Below the pieces are notes generated by a model that ran no database searches, was not told the origin of the DNA, and saw only the letters and a program-made list of their open reading frames with translations. From positions 1-45,471 of the forward strand of contig LWCA01000163.1 in assembly GCA_001642005.1 (NCBI GenBank): 45,471 nt of DNA, given 5' to 3'. This DNA comes from Intoshia linei (lineage: Eukaryota > Animalia > Orthonectida). The position numbers and the translations under genes are program-made. This document shows, one piece after another, positions 26,746 to 39,300 of this stretch. Every line of letters begins with the position of its first letter. Within the stretch, counting starts at the first letter, position 1.

Positions 26746-27356
26746 CTGTAAATTACTTTATGTAAGTAAATATTGGCTCAAAAAAATATCACGCGTTTCT
26801 CTAAAATTATTTCACGGACCGATATTGACCCGGACCCTAATTTGGGAACCGATAGTTTAATATATGACATCAATTAAAAACTAAAATTAACCCTGACATT
26901 GTAAACTTTTTAACCCTGAAACGTTTAAACCCTAAATTTCAATATGCAATGTGTAATAGTTTTTGGAAAATTATTACATTAGGTTAATTCAAGTTAACTA
27001 TTGCTTTTTAAAGAATATAATTAAACAATATTAAGTATAAATTTAACCCATTCTCTTATAAAAATGTACAAATTTACAAATATTTATATTTGTTAATCAT
27101 AATGTTGAGTAAATGTAACCAGTGAATACGGACATGTGTACAATGCCTATAATTCATTCAATGGTTTCATTTGTGTACCAGCATTGAAATTTGAATATAG
27201 ATAGTTACCCAATATAAGAGTTTAAATATTATAGACAAAACTATAATAGTTGACTAGCACACTTACATTTTAAATTGTTTTCTATGCACGTTACATTCAG
27301 CAAATTTCCAGGGAGTATTAACAATGTGAAGATTCAAATTTTAATTAGTAATTGAA

Positions 27357-30300
27357 ATGAAAAATTTTTACTCTACATTGGGTTGCGTCGGAGAAAAAAG
27401 GAGGATTAAACCATTTTCTAATTTAGTTATACAAATTCCACCGTTGAATAATTTAAATGTATCTAAAACAGGTATACATTTTGATAATTTTAATTTTTTT
27501 TAAACTTAATCATAACATTGCATTTCATTAGACATAATGTAATGTCAAATAACTCCGTTTTGTTTAGATAACAAATTATCAAATGTAAAAATAGCGAAAT
27601 TACTCATTTATAACAAAATTTCTTCAAATGGACACGATATTATGAAAGTAAGCCTTAATGTGTTTATTGAATGCAATTTAAAATGTTTATACAAATGTAT
27701 ACTTATAATTAGTTTTATTATACTGTAGTCGTTAATTGTACTATTAATAGATAAGTACACTAAAAAGGTTATCATTGATGTCATTCCTAATTTTCATTTT
27801 ATGCATAAATATGCAAATTACAATGTATTTACTCCAATAGTATCATATTCTCAAGTAAAAAGTTTTAACAAGCCCTAGCTACCTTTCCAAGGCTCCTGAT
27901 TTGACATTACATTTAAAACACAAAATAGTTATGATATTTAGAATATAATTTTTTTACAGTGTATTTATATTTGTTTTTGTACTTTGCAGAAAAGTTTTTG
28001 CACTTTATTGAAAAATGGGGAGTAGGGTGGTAAAAATTCAATTCTGTGACCAGAATTTACAATTAAATTCACAATATCAAGCATCTTATGTAATCCTACA
28101 TTATTCATTATGAATATACAATTTATTTTTTCTTTTTCAAGTAATTTGGGCATAAAATTAGTTAAAAAAGTACTAAATTTACTTCCGTTGTAAGAACGAA
28201 CAGTGGTTTCATAATATTCCATTCCATATTTATTGTATACACCATAAATAGAAACATTTTTTGATCTTAAACTTGCAATTTGTACAACTGGTGTTTTACC
28301 AATTAATGCTCTATCTCTCTTACACCTCATACTGATGTTAAATCCAGCTTCATCTATGAAATATATAGAACTATCGGTTTGTTCAATTAAGAGTTGTTCA
28401 AACATGTCGGCAAAATGTATATTAGTTACAATTTCATCATAATTGACAAAACAATAAAGTGCAAAAACTTTTCTGTAAAATGCAAAAACTTTTTTGTAAT
28501 GTGCAAAAACAAATATAAATACTTTGTAATTACCAATTTGGAAGCGTAATGCCACCATTTAACAAAATTTCGTCATGCTACAAAGAAAATTCTCGGGTAC
28601 ATTGGGTTCGGAAATGTACAATTTACATGTTGCTTCTTAAAATTATATTGTACTAGGTGGACTGAATTAAAAACACTTCTTATCCCATTTTTTTAATTTA
28701 TTAGACAGAATGTTTATATAACATTAAAAGTAAAAATTGTCATAAATAGCATAAATTCCAGAAAAATAAAATTGTAAAGACCTATTTTGTCATTTTCCGT
28801 GTGATGATATATATTCAGTACCAATTTAATACATACTTAAAAATACCAATTACGTATCAATAATTAACAGAATCTTCACGTTATAAACATATTTAAGGCA
28901 AATTCTCCCAATATTGCAAAGGATTGTAATAAATTTAAATTTTATTCAAAATGTTTTGAAAATGAGAATTTGAAATTTAAAATTTAAAAATTGCGATGGA
29001 ATAAATTATATAGATTTTTACTCATATTTCTTTATTGGATATGTGTAGACGTTCTATGCACATTTTTTTTTGAAATTGTAAGATCAATATTTACATTTTT
29101 TTTAATTTTTATGATAATTGAAATACTTGAAAAATATTGGTTGATAATATATTAAAAATTATTTTTCACTGGAAATGCGTAGATTTCTGGGATTGAAATT
29201 TTGTATTTATATCAACTGGAATAAGCTCTACAAGAATAATCATTTTTTTTAATTCTCCAACTTGTTTGATTTTCAAAAAAAGGCAGTGGGGTTTTTGAAC
29301 CGTAGGATGTGAGTTTGGGAGGTTGAAATTTAATTTGCTCACACCCGGAAAAAGTGTAATTGAAATGTGGACTTTATAAATATCTAACAATGATAGTTAT
29401 TGAAATAAACGGGAACACACAGACACACAAACAAATATTGCGTAGCATATTATGTAAGTAAGGAATCCTTACTAAGGATTTATTTTAAGTTTTATTCATT
29501 GCTAGAATCGTTAAATCTTTATTATAAATCAAAGTTGGGCAAACTGTTTAGTTTGTGTCCAAAATTGTAATAAAAATAATTGTAAAATCAATTTAGGAAT
29601 TTCACGATAAAGATCCATTCAATAATTTAGAAATCGATTATGATGTTTTCATTCAAATTTTAAGCAAATATGACATTAATATCAACAAAAATATTTTGAA
29701 TCGGTTGATAAAAAAGGTAATTGTAAATGGAAGATTTATAGACATGCTCCTATTACTAAATTGTCGGGTATAGTTTGGGCAAGTATATTTATGTTACAAA
29801 ATTAAATATTCAGTTAAAGTCAGGGGCGGATCCAAGAGGCTAGTTAATGGGGTGCGAGCGAACGAGCAATGTTAAAAATGAAAAAATATTTAGGGGTGTC
29901 TCTTTTAATATCAAGGCGTCTAGTATCATTTTAAAGCGTCTCTTTTAATTTCATTTAAAGGTTGTTATACAATACTTTCCAAATTTGTATTTTTTCGCAA
30001 AAATAAAAAAAATGATCAGTACAAAAAAAAGCAAAATTAATTTTTCAGTTATTTTACAAAACATTAATTAAAATTTTTTTTTAAAAATTTGGGGGTGCAA
30101 CTGCACCTTCTGCACCTCCTTGAATCTGTCCTGAAAGTACTAAGTTAAAGTGACCAGATTTAATAAGTATTATTAATTTTAGTTTATTTGGAATAAATTT
30201 TAAGCCAAAAATTTTTGTTCGTTATCATATATAAGTAGTTTTGGCTTTAAATTTGGGAAAAATTTTAATGTTGAGTGGGCGGGTTTAAACTCAACCAATT

Positions 30301-33300
30301 TAAATAATTTTTTCAGTAAAGTGATCACCATCACCAATAATCTTGATGGTGAAAAATACATTTTGATCTTTGAATATGGTGATCACCCTAATCAAAGACT
30401 ACTGTATACTGTAATTTTATATGGTTTAAGCTGTCCTTGCCCTAATGAACATTTACATTTCAATTTTTAATTTTAATTTAAAAATTTAGTGGAAATGTCT
30501 TAATGATTCCAAAATAAACTATATATCTTTTATGTCTGCCAACAGTTACTATTCCAATTGTGCAGAAAAACCAAGATGTGGATTTGCTGAGTAATTTATA
30601 CATTGTACATTTATACAAATAAAATTGGGATTATTATAAATATAAATGTAAATATAAATATATAAACTAGAAAAAATTTGTTAAAATTTACTAAATATAT
30701 TATATAGATATTAATAATATAAATTGTATACTGTTATTATTTATTGTATAGTATATACAAAGTTTATTATTATTATTTGTTATTTTTTTTATTTTTTTTA
30801 TAGTTTTTTTATTGTATGTAGTTAATACTGTATAATTCATATCTTAATTAGAAAAGATAAAGAAATTAATTTCCCAGAAGACAATACGGAAATTTTAGAA
30901 TCAATGCTGAGGCAAGATGTAACTTATTTGAAAATAAAAAATTAGTGTTATAATAATATATATAATTATATTTTTAATAATAACAACTTTGATGATTAGC
31001 TTCAAACTAACATCAAAGAAATACTAAAGGACTTGCACCGATTAGATTACAATTGTGATGGAAAAATAAATAGAAACGATTTAAAACAAATAATTGATAC
31101 ATACCATCAAAAATTAACTGAAGATCAATTTAATAAGTAATTATTAAATTAAACTTTATAAAATAAAATATTGAAATTTTAATTGTAGCATACTTATTCA
31201 ATATTCAATAATATATTTTTATTAATTAGGATTTATGTACGCCACGATTTTCATCATAGAGGAATAGTGGATTATAGTGAATTTTTACAAAGACTTGGTG
31301 TAAAATTTGATGGAAAAAATAATTTTGTAAATCCAAAAAAATTAAAAATAAAAGTTATCGGTACTAAAAATACATCAGTCATGACTTCAAGAGAATTGGA
31401 CATTTATTTTCGTAAAAAAGTATATTTTGAATTTATTTTTTTCAATTATCTTAATGTTAATAATAATTATTAAAAATATTTAGGTCTGCTCAAATTTAAA
31501 TGATTTGATAAAAGCTTTTACGGCCGGTCAAATTAGTGATTCAAGTTTACTGCCCATTGAATTGGTTTACTCGATTTTTAATGAATTTACTTTTAAAATG
31601 ACACTACAACAATTTAATCAAATTATGATCAAGTAAGATTGTATAAATTGTAATATGTTCAATTTTAATGTATAGTTTGGGAATAAATGCCAGTGTGTCA
31701 ATTTGTTGGAAAAAAATATTAAATTTATTTGTAAAATGCAATAAATCGATTGATGACTTTGATAATAGATTATACAAAAATTTGTAAAAGAAATAATCAA
31801 ATTTCAATTAATTTATACTTTTAGACCTAATCCACAACGAAATACCAATAAGAATACATCTAGTTTTGATGTTTTATTTGCACTTAAAAATCATATTAAT
31901 CAATCTTTTACAAGTCTTAAAAATGCCTTCATTCATTTGGACGAGGTGAACCTTAACTAGATACACTAATACATGTATATTGAATCTTAGTTATATATAT
32001 TGTCAAAAATCATAAAATTAAGTTAAATAGGGCACTAATTGTTTGTAGAGTTGAATAAAACGCTTTTAAACTAGTGCAAGTTTTTTTATATATATACTAA
32101 AATTAGGGAGTGTTTCGGTTAGCAGATTTTATTATAATTATAATCTTATTTTTAGAATCGGATTGGAAAAATATCTCGTAGTATAATAAAAACATTTATA
32201 ACAAAAAAACTAAAAATTCAAGTACCAATAAATGTTATGAAAGAAATTATGACGGCACTAGACCCACAGCACACTAATTTTATTAATTACCATCAATTTG
32301 TCAAATTTTTTGAACAATCAAATAAGGTAAATTTTCAAAATTAACCTGTAAATTGATAAAAATCATGGATTTAAAAATTAGATACCAGAGAAATGGTTAG
32401 AAAGTTGCCACAAATACAATAAAATCATTAGCAAACCATTACCATATGATAGTGTAATTTTTACACATTTTAATTTACCCAATTAATGTATTTTAGACAC
32501 TAAAAAATTTATCCGACGTTATTAATCGAAAACTACCAAATTTGAAAAAATATTTAAAAATATTTAACAGAACCATTGATGATTATATCAATCGAGAAAT
32601 AATTTATCGTTGGATATGCCAAAATTGTTTCGATATAGAAAGAAAAACTTTTGATAAGTAATATAATACGCACATGTTGCACACATTTAAAAGTGTAATA
32701 CAGCCTATCCCAACAAGGGTTGGAACCAAATGGGTCAATCAAAGATTTACTTTAAAAATTTTAAACTGTTTATTTTTATTTTTATCAATATGAACATTTA
32801 GAATTGTTGAAATTATTAATGTGAATGAAAAAAATGTAACAAACATAAGAATGCGAAACTTTTTGAATTTTATCAAAGTCCCGGTAGAAAGTAATGGATA
32901 TGAAGGAATCAGTGCTGACATAACAAACAATAATCTATGCGACCAAAAATTGGTCAACGAAACGAAAACAATAAAGTAAAATATTTTAAATTGTGCATGT
33001 ATTAAAATCGGCGAACATGCAACATTGATAAGTGACATTAATTTGAGCCATGTATTGTTAGAGTGATACATCTTATAGCGACATAATCATAGATCTTCCT
33101 AATTAATCATATTATTCATTTTTAAACCAAATTTTTAACCATTTTGAAGATGATTATGGGTTAAAAATTTCGTAGGGTTTTTAGGGAATTTTTTTCACTT
33201 AATTTTTAAAGATAATATTTAGACTAAAATTTTTTAGCGTTTTTAAGGAAATATGTAAAACATTTTAAGGGATCATCACAATTTTATCAAAATCTTTAGA

Positions 33301-36300
33301 ATTTGGTAAAAAAAATCTCTTAAAAACACGACTTAATTATCAAAAAATTATCTCCAAAATCTTTAAAAATGGGTGAAAATTTCATGAAACAATCAATAAT
33401 ATGATAAAATAGTAAAATCTATGATTATATCGCTCTAAGACAGTGATTCCCAAAGTGGTCCACAGGAAATTCTAGGTGGCTCACAAACAAAATTTTTAAT
33501 AAAATGAAAATAACCTTTTTTTAAACAATAATATTAAATTAGAATATTATTCATTATCGTTCATTTTTTATTATTATTAATGAACGTAAATATCATTTTA
33601 TAAAAATGAAGTGAAAATTTATTGAATAACATAAATAATTTTCATGTGCGTTAAATTTAATTTATGTAACTTAGTTCGATAGTCGTTCCCAGAACCCAAC
33701 CTAGCTAGCACGTGGCCACTCCTAAAATAATAAATAACCCCTTAAAAAAATTTGTAAACAAATTATAATGTCACATAATCCTATCAACCTCTTAAGACTC
33801 TGGAGTTGACATTTTAAATTTATTACACAAATTAGTTAATATTCAAAAAATTTATTTATTCTCAATTTGATAAATTAAAGCCCCATCTTTAAAATTTTTC
33901 GTTGAGATCCATCGGTAGAAATGTCTCGAATAAGGTAGTTTGAAGTGGTACCATAATTATGTTTGAAATTAATAATTTTTTTAATTACGCCATTGAGCTA
34001 TCATGTCAAAATTAATGTTAAATTTTCGATTTAAGGAGGAATATATAATAAAAAAAATGTATATATTCCTTAGTTACGTGTTCAGGATTAAGGGGATTTT
34101 TTTAAAAATTATGTGGTCCATGGTGGATAAAGTTTGGAAACCACTGCTCTAAGACATTTCTTAAAGTTTTCCACTTGGAAACACAAAATGTAATAAACTT
34201 AAATTCAGAAAAATTATTAATATAACTACGGTAACAAAAAATTGCTACCTGAAATGGCTAAAAATGGTTTTAAACTTCAATTATAAAAAACCTTTAACAT
34301 AAAAAACACTGGTTTGTACGATTTATGATATTATTTATTTTAGTATCGTTTAATATTAACTTAACATTTTCATAAATGCTTTAAATCAAAAAAGGCATCT
34401 ACGTTCAAAATGTGTTTTTTTAATAAAAAAAGTGGACCGTGTCCACTGGACATCCTAATATACATATTAAAATATTTAAAAATGTTGAATTAATAAATAG
34501 AATTTAACTTTATTTTTGAAACTTTAATTATTTTATTTTCAAACAAATTTAATTTATAAATATAACTGTAAAATCATTTTTATTCAAAAATTTTCGGTCA
34601 CCAAAGACCGGTTTGGCACCCTTAAGGTTACGACACTCCAGGTTAATCACCCATGATCTAAGATGTATCGCTCAAATGAGTGTCGCTTAGGTGTCACATC
34701 GTTTTTAAATTTTAACAATTGGAAAGACTGAGTAGCTAGGTGGGGTGTATTTTTGAATGCAGATCACGATGTTAAAACAGTTTTTCAAAAAAGTCAGTAA
34801 CGACGTTGCGTTTCTCAATTAACTAATTAACAAAAAATAGCTAAATTCAACTTTATTGTCATGTTTTTCTTAATTTTTTCATACAAAAACTTAAATTCCT
34901 GCTTCGTTTGCCGAGAAAAATTAAAAAAAATTGTATATTTTAATATATCGTGTTCAGCTAAATTATATACAATTGACTTTATTCTATAATATAAAAAAAA
35001 ACTTTGAAAATTATAGTTATTATAATTATGTTTTTTTGTTTAAATAATATTTTATGGGTAAATAAATGTAGACACTTTTTGTAACGTTTCGAAAAATTTA
35101 CTTTAATTATAATGTTATATATTTGTTATTTTTAGCAATTTAAATATGATAAGTGCGGCAATGAATCGAGTTAAAATCATGTCTAGTAAAGAAATAATAC
35201 ATGGATTTGTTGATAGACTAAAGGTACATTTATATCAGAAAAAATATTAATTTTTTTAATAAATTTAGCAACATTTTCGGCAATTCAATGAATCTTTTTT
35301 GCTTTATTCCAAATCCAAACGGGGTAAAATTACCAAAACAGATTTTAGAAAAGTATACAAAACTACTGTACATGATTTAATATCAATTTAGATTCTTAGT
35401 GATTGCGGTATTTATCTAAACAGTGAAGATTTTGGAATAGTTTGTCAATTTATCAATTTCAACGAAAAGGGTTCCTTAAATTATGATCAATTTTTAAAAA
35501 GTTTTGCAAATTTGGGAGATCCTGGTGTACATGGACCAGATATTAAAATACTTAATAGTAAAAATCATCATGTCAATAAACACAGAGAACCTCATGACGA
35601 ATCATTATTCGTTAAAGATTTAAATGTTTATATGAATAGCAAATTGAGAGAAAATTTTGGGGTAAATATTTAAATAGTGTAGTATATTGTACAGGGTTTC
35701 TTATTTATTGGATACATTAAAAATTTAACTAATAACGTTCATCTTACATTGGAGTCATTAATTTTTTTTATTTTTTGATGTGGACTCTTTACTGATATTA
35801 ATATTTTCTCTAAAAACTTTCCTATCGTATCAAATAAGTTTTGCATGAAATAAAAATTGACCTTGATAATTAATTAATTAAATTATATAATTAATACCCA
35901 CTTTTTGTATTTACTAAAATAACCGTGGATTAAAAAAATAAAATCCATAATAATGGAAAAATTTAAAACTTAATTATGCGGGCTGGATTAAATCAGTTTG
36001 CGAGCCATAGTTTGCCCATCTATAGGTTTTTTGATAGTTACAAATAAGTAAGACAGTTTCACTGGAAATACTAAATGTATGTTAATTTTAATATTTTAGA
36101 GTCTACGTCAAGCTTTTTCCAAGTTAGACTTTAACCATGTAGGATATTTAACTTGTTTAAATTTCAAAAGACTATTTTCTTTGTGTATGCTGAATATGAG
36201 TAACTCAAATCTCAACTTTGAAAAATTTTGTAAGAATTTGAATATTGATGAAACCAAGAAAATTTATTATAAGGATTTTCTTGATTTATTTGAAATACGT

Positions 36301-39300
36301 GAAAATTTAAATAATGGACATAAATGGCTGGTATCTAATCACAGGTAATAATTTATGCATTATAATTGTAAAAATATGAAAAGTTAATTAAAGGTTTAAC
36401 GTTTTAGTGTACAATCAGTTTTAATTGCAATGTTATCTGAAAAATTAATCTATATTATTGATCCTTACTTATATAATATTCTACGCAATTATTTTGTGTG
36501 TGTATGTTACCGTTTATTTCAATAACCACAAGTCTTATAATTTTATAAACTTCACATTTCAATTACAATTTTTCCAGGGTATTCGCAAAATAAATTTCAA
36601 CTTCCCAAACTCACATCTTACGGGCCAAAAACAGCAATTGTCCTTTTTTTTGAAAATCATAAGAGTTGTAGAATTTAAAAAAATATATACAGTGAGGCCT
36701 CTTAATACAGTTAATTTTGGTATTTCAATATTTATGGCGGTATTGAGAGTATATCGTTATAGAAACGATTACACAATAAACATAAATATATACCAGGGGT
36801 GTTAGACTCAATTTGCTTGGCGGGCCAAATGTGCAAAAAAATTATTACGCGAGCCCCACAAAAAAAATCTTTACTCAAAAAATTATGTTAAAACTAACAG
36901 ATTTAATTAATTTATAATAATTTTAATTCATAAAATGAAATATGAAATAATAAAAATGGCATAAATGTCAAAATAATGTTAAAATTGTAATAATGAAGCA
37001 AATTTTCAATTTAAATTAAATTTTAACACATTTTTATAAATTTTTTTAAAAATTTTTTAAATTTGTAGCGGTATTGAAGAACTAGGTGCTGTTTGTACAT
37101 AGTACATAACAGTTAACCTATTATAAATATAAATTAAAATACTAGCTAGACTAATTCATACCGTTTACAAAAAGTAGCTTTTACCCACTAATTAATATTT
37201 ATTAATTATATTGAAATATATATAGTTTATTATAGGTATAATTTGTGCAAAGATGACAAATTAATGACAGCACAACAAGTTCATCGTCTCATGGCGTTAA
37301 AGGCTCATCAACACTACAAAGATCTTGCTTGTGTAAGTATAGTTATTTTAATATCATAAATTGAACATTAAATACAGTCGATTCAGTTCAATACGAACAA
37401 AATTGAATATAAACTCAGCTCAATACGAAAACGAATTTTTTATTTTATTAAAAACGTGAGAGACATTTATTAAATATAAGAATAATAAAGATTACATAAA
37501 CAGAAACCAATAATCTTGCTTAGTTATTCTGTACTTTGTACAAATAGTATGTAGCTCTATCCAGGCAAACTTTTTAAATTTTACCCACAAATTAAATTTA
37601 ATATAAAATATTATATAAACGTATCACTATTAGAAAAAATACTATAGTAAAATTAATTGTAGGCCTTTTGTCTTATTGATGCACCCGTATCTAGCACAAT
37701 ACGAAGAAATGGACTAAGAGCAACTCTTAAAAAGTTTAATTTTAACATAAACGAGGAGGAATTTGAAACTTTATGGCGTATATATGATGAAGATAATAAA
37801 GGAGAATTATCGTTTCCAAAATTTATCAGTAAATTGGTTGGTGAACAGTTTACACCAGGTGATTTGAATGGAACAAGTAGTAGAATTTATCTTTCTCATT
37901 TTGCCGAAATTAACAGGCAAAAAGAAAATCAATCAAACATTCACGATATTCTGTCTCAAAACAATGTTAACAATTTAGCAAAATTAGATATTGATGGAAT
38001 CATCAATATGATTGTGTAATTTTATAACATGTAAATAAACCAATTAAACGTACATTTTCAAGTAATTTTTTGGATTCATAAAAATGACCAATACAATTAT
38101 TTAGGGAGAAATTGCGAGAATACTATAGAAATTACTATACCGCATTTAAAGCTTTTGATACTAAAAAAAAGGGATATTTAATCAAATCAGATATCATCCA
38201 TGGACTTGAAACTATGAATATTTTCTTAAATGAATTAAAGAGAAAAGAATTATTTGAAAAGTAAATTAAATTAATAAAATGATGGATAAAATGAAAATCT
38301 TTTAGATTAAAAATGGAGGATAGCGGATTAAATTATAAATTATTTATGCGTTACTTTAAAGATGGAAATTTTGATGTCGTCAAAATTGATAAAATTAACA
38401 ATGAAAAGACGTATAATAAATCAAACTTTTCAAATTTAAAATTACCTTATGTTTATTTGCCCGATAATGTAGAGTTTTTTAATGATTAATTAATTATAAA
38501 TTTAGTTTTACGAAATTATTTTTGAAAAGTTTCATGTACTTGAAAAGGTAGTCTTGATACTTTTATTAATATGTAGTAATAGTATGTATGTAGTACAGTT
38601 ATGGTACGGCTTTGAAAATATTATTACAACTACTCAAAATCTTTTGAAGGGGCGTTTCGTTTACTTTGACGTTAAAATATATATATTAATTTGGTTTTAT
38701 TTTAAATAATTATTTTAATATAAATTTTAATTGATTATAATTATAATCTGAAGTAAACAAATCTGTTTTGCAGGCTTTATGTCAAATATGAACACTAATA
38801 TTTATGAATTTTGGCAATAACCCACAAAAATTATTCAAAAATTCACTAGTTGTCGATTTTTGCTGTAGTACCACGATATTCTTTTATTTTAAAACGTAAA
38901 TTTGTAGGCTTTTATAGCAATTGATGTTGATAAAAAAGGGATATTACCTAAAAAATCTTTTAAACAAATTATAAAAATATTTTGTATGGATTTGAATACA
39001 AAACAATTTAAAGAATTGTTCGAACGTTTAAGCATGAATGGAACAAAGGATACAGTTGAATATACTAAATTTTTAAATTACATTTCTCAAGGGAAAGAAA
39101 ACGTTGAGGTATATTTGATTATTTGACCAGTACCACAGTTAAATAAATATTAATTCAATTAATTTAAATGTTATATGAAGTGTTATAAACATTTTTTATA
39201 TATTGGCTACATTGGCAAATGTTTGATTAATTTTAAGTTAATTGCAACAGTAAAAAGTTGGGGAACACTGAGCTATAGAGTTTATGTTTTTAATTTAGTT

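Larger units (their letters stand above)
33005..34700. mobile_element. Foldback/Mutator-like element with long inverted arms and internal tandem arrays; host of two hAT insertions
   Basis: Left arm GAGTGATACATCTTATAGCGACATAATCATAGAT (33061-33094) is the reverse complement of the reconstructed right arm ATCTATGATTATATCGCTCTAAGATGTATCGCTC. Internal TTTTGAAGAT...AAATTT..TAGGGTTTTTAAGG repeats also occur at about 14820-15160 and 17090-17305. Confidence 0.65.

Noticed and set aside
26888-26936. Three TAACCCT/AAACCCT motifs resembling telomeric or piggyBac ends
   Set aside because: Not tandem, and no partner terminus or TTAA duplication was found.
29506-29570. Candidate extra EFCAB6 exon (SLNLYYKSKLGKLF)
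   Set aside because: Phases do not fit, and 27647 joins 29597 directly to give an EFCAB6-like EF-hand.
31604-33071. Minus-strand ORFs 31604-31807, 31618-31800, 32554-32742, 32739-33071 (hydrophobic, membrane-like) and 40674-40919
   Set aside because: Antisense to EFCAB6 exons; hydrophobicity comes from T-rich codons.
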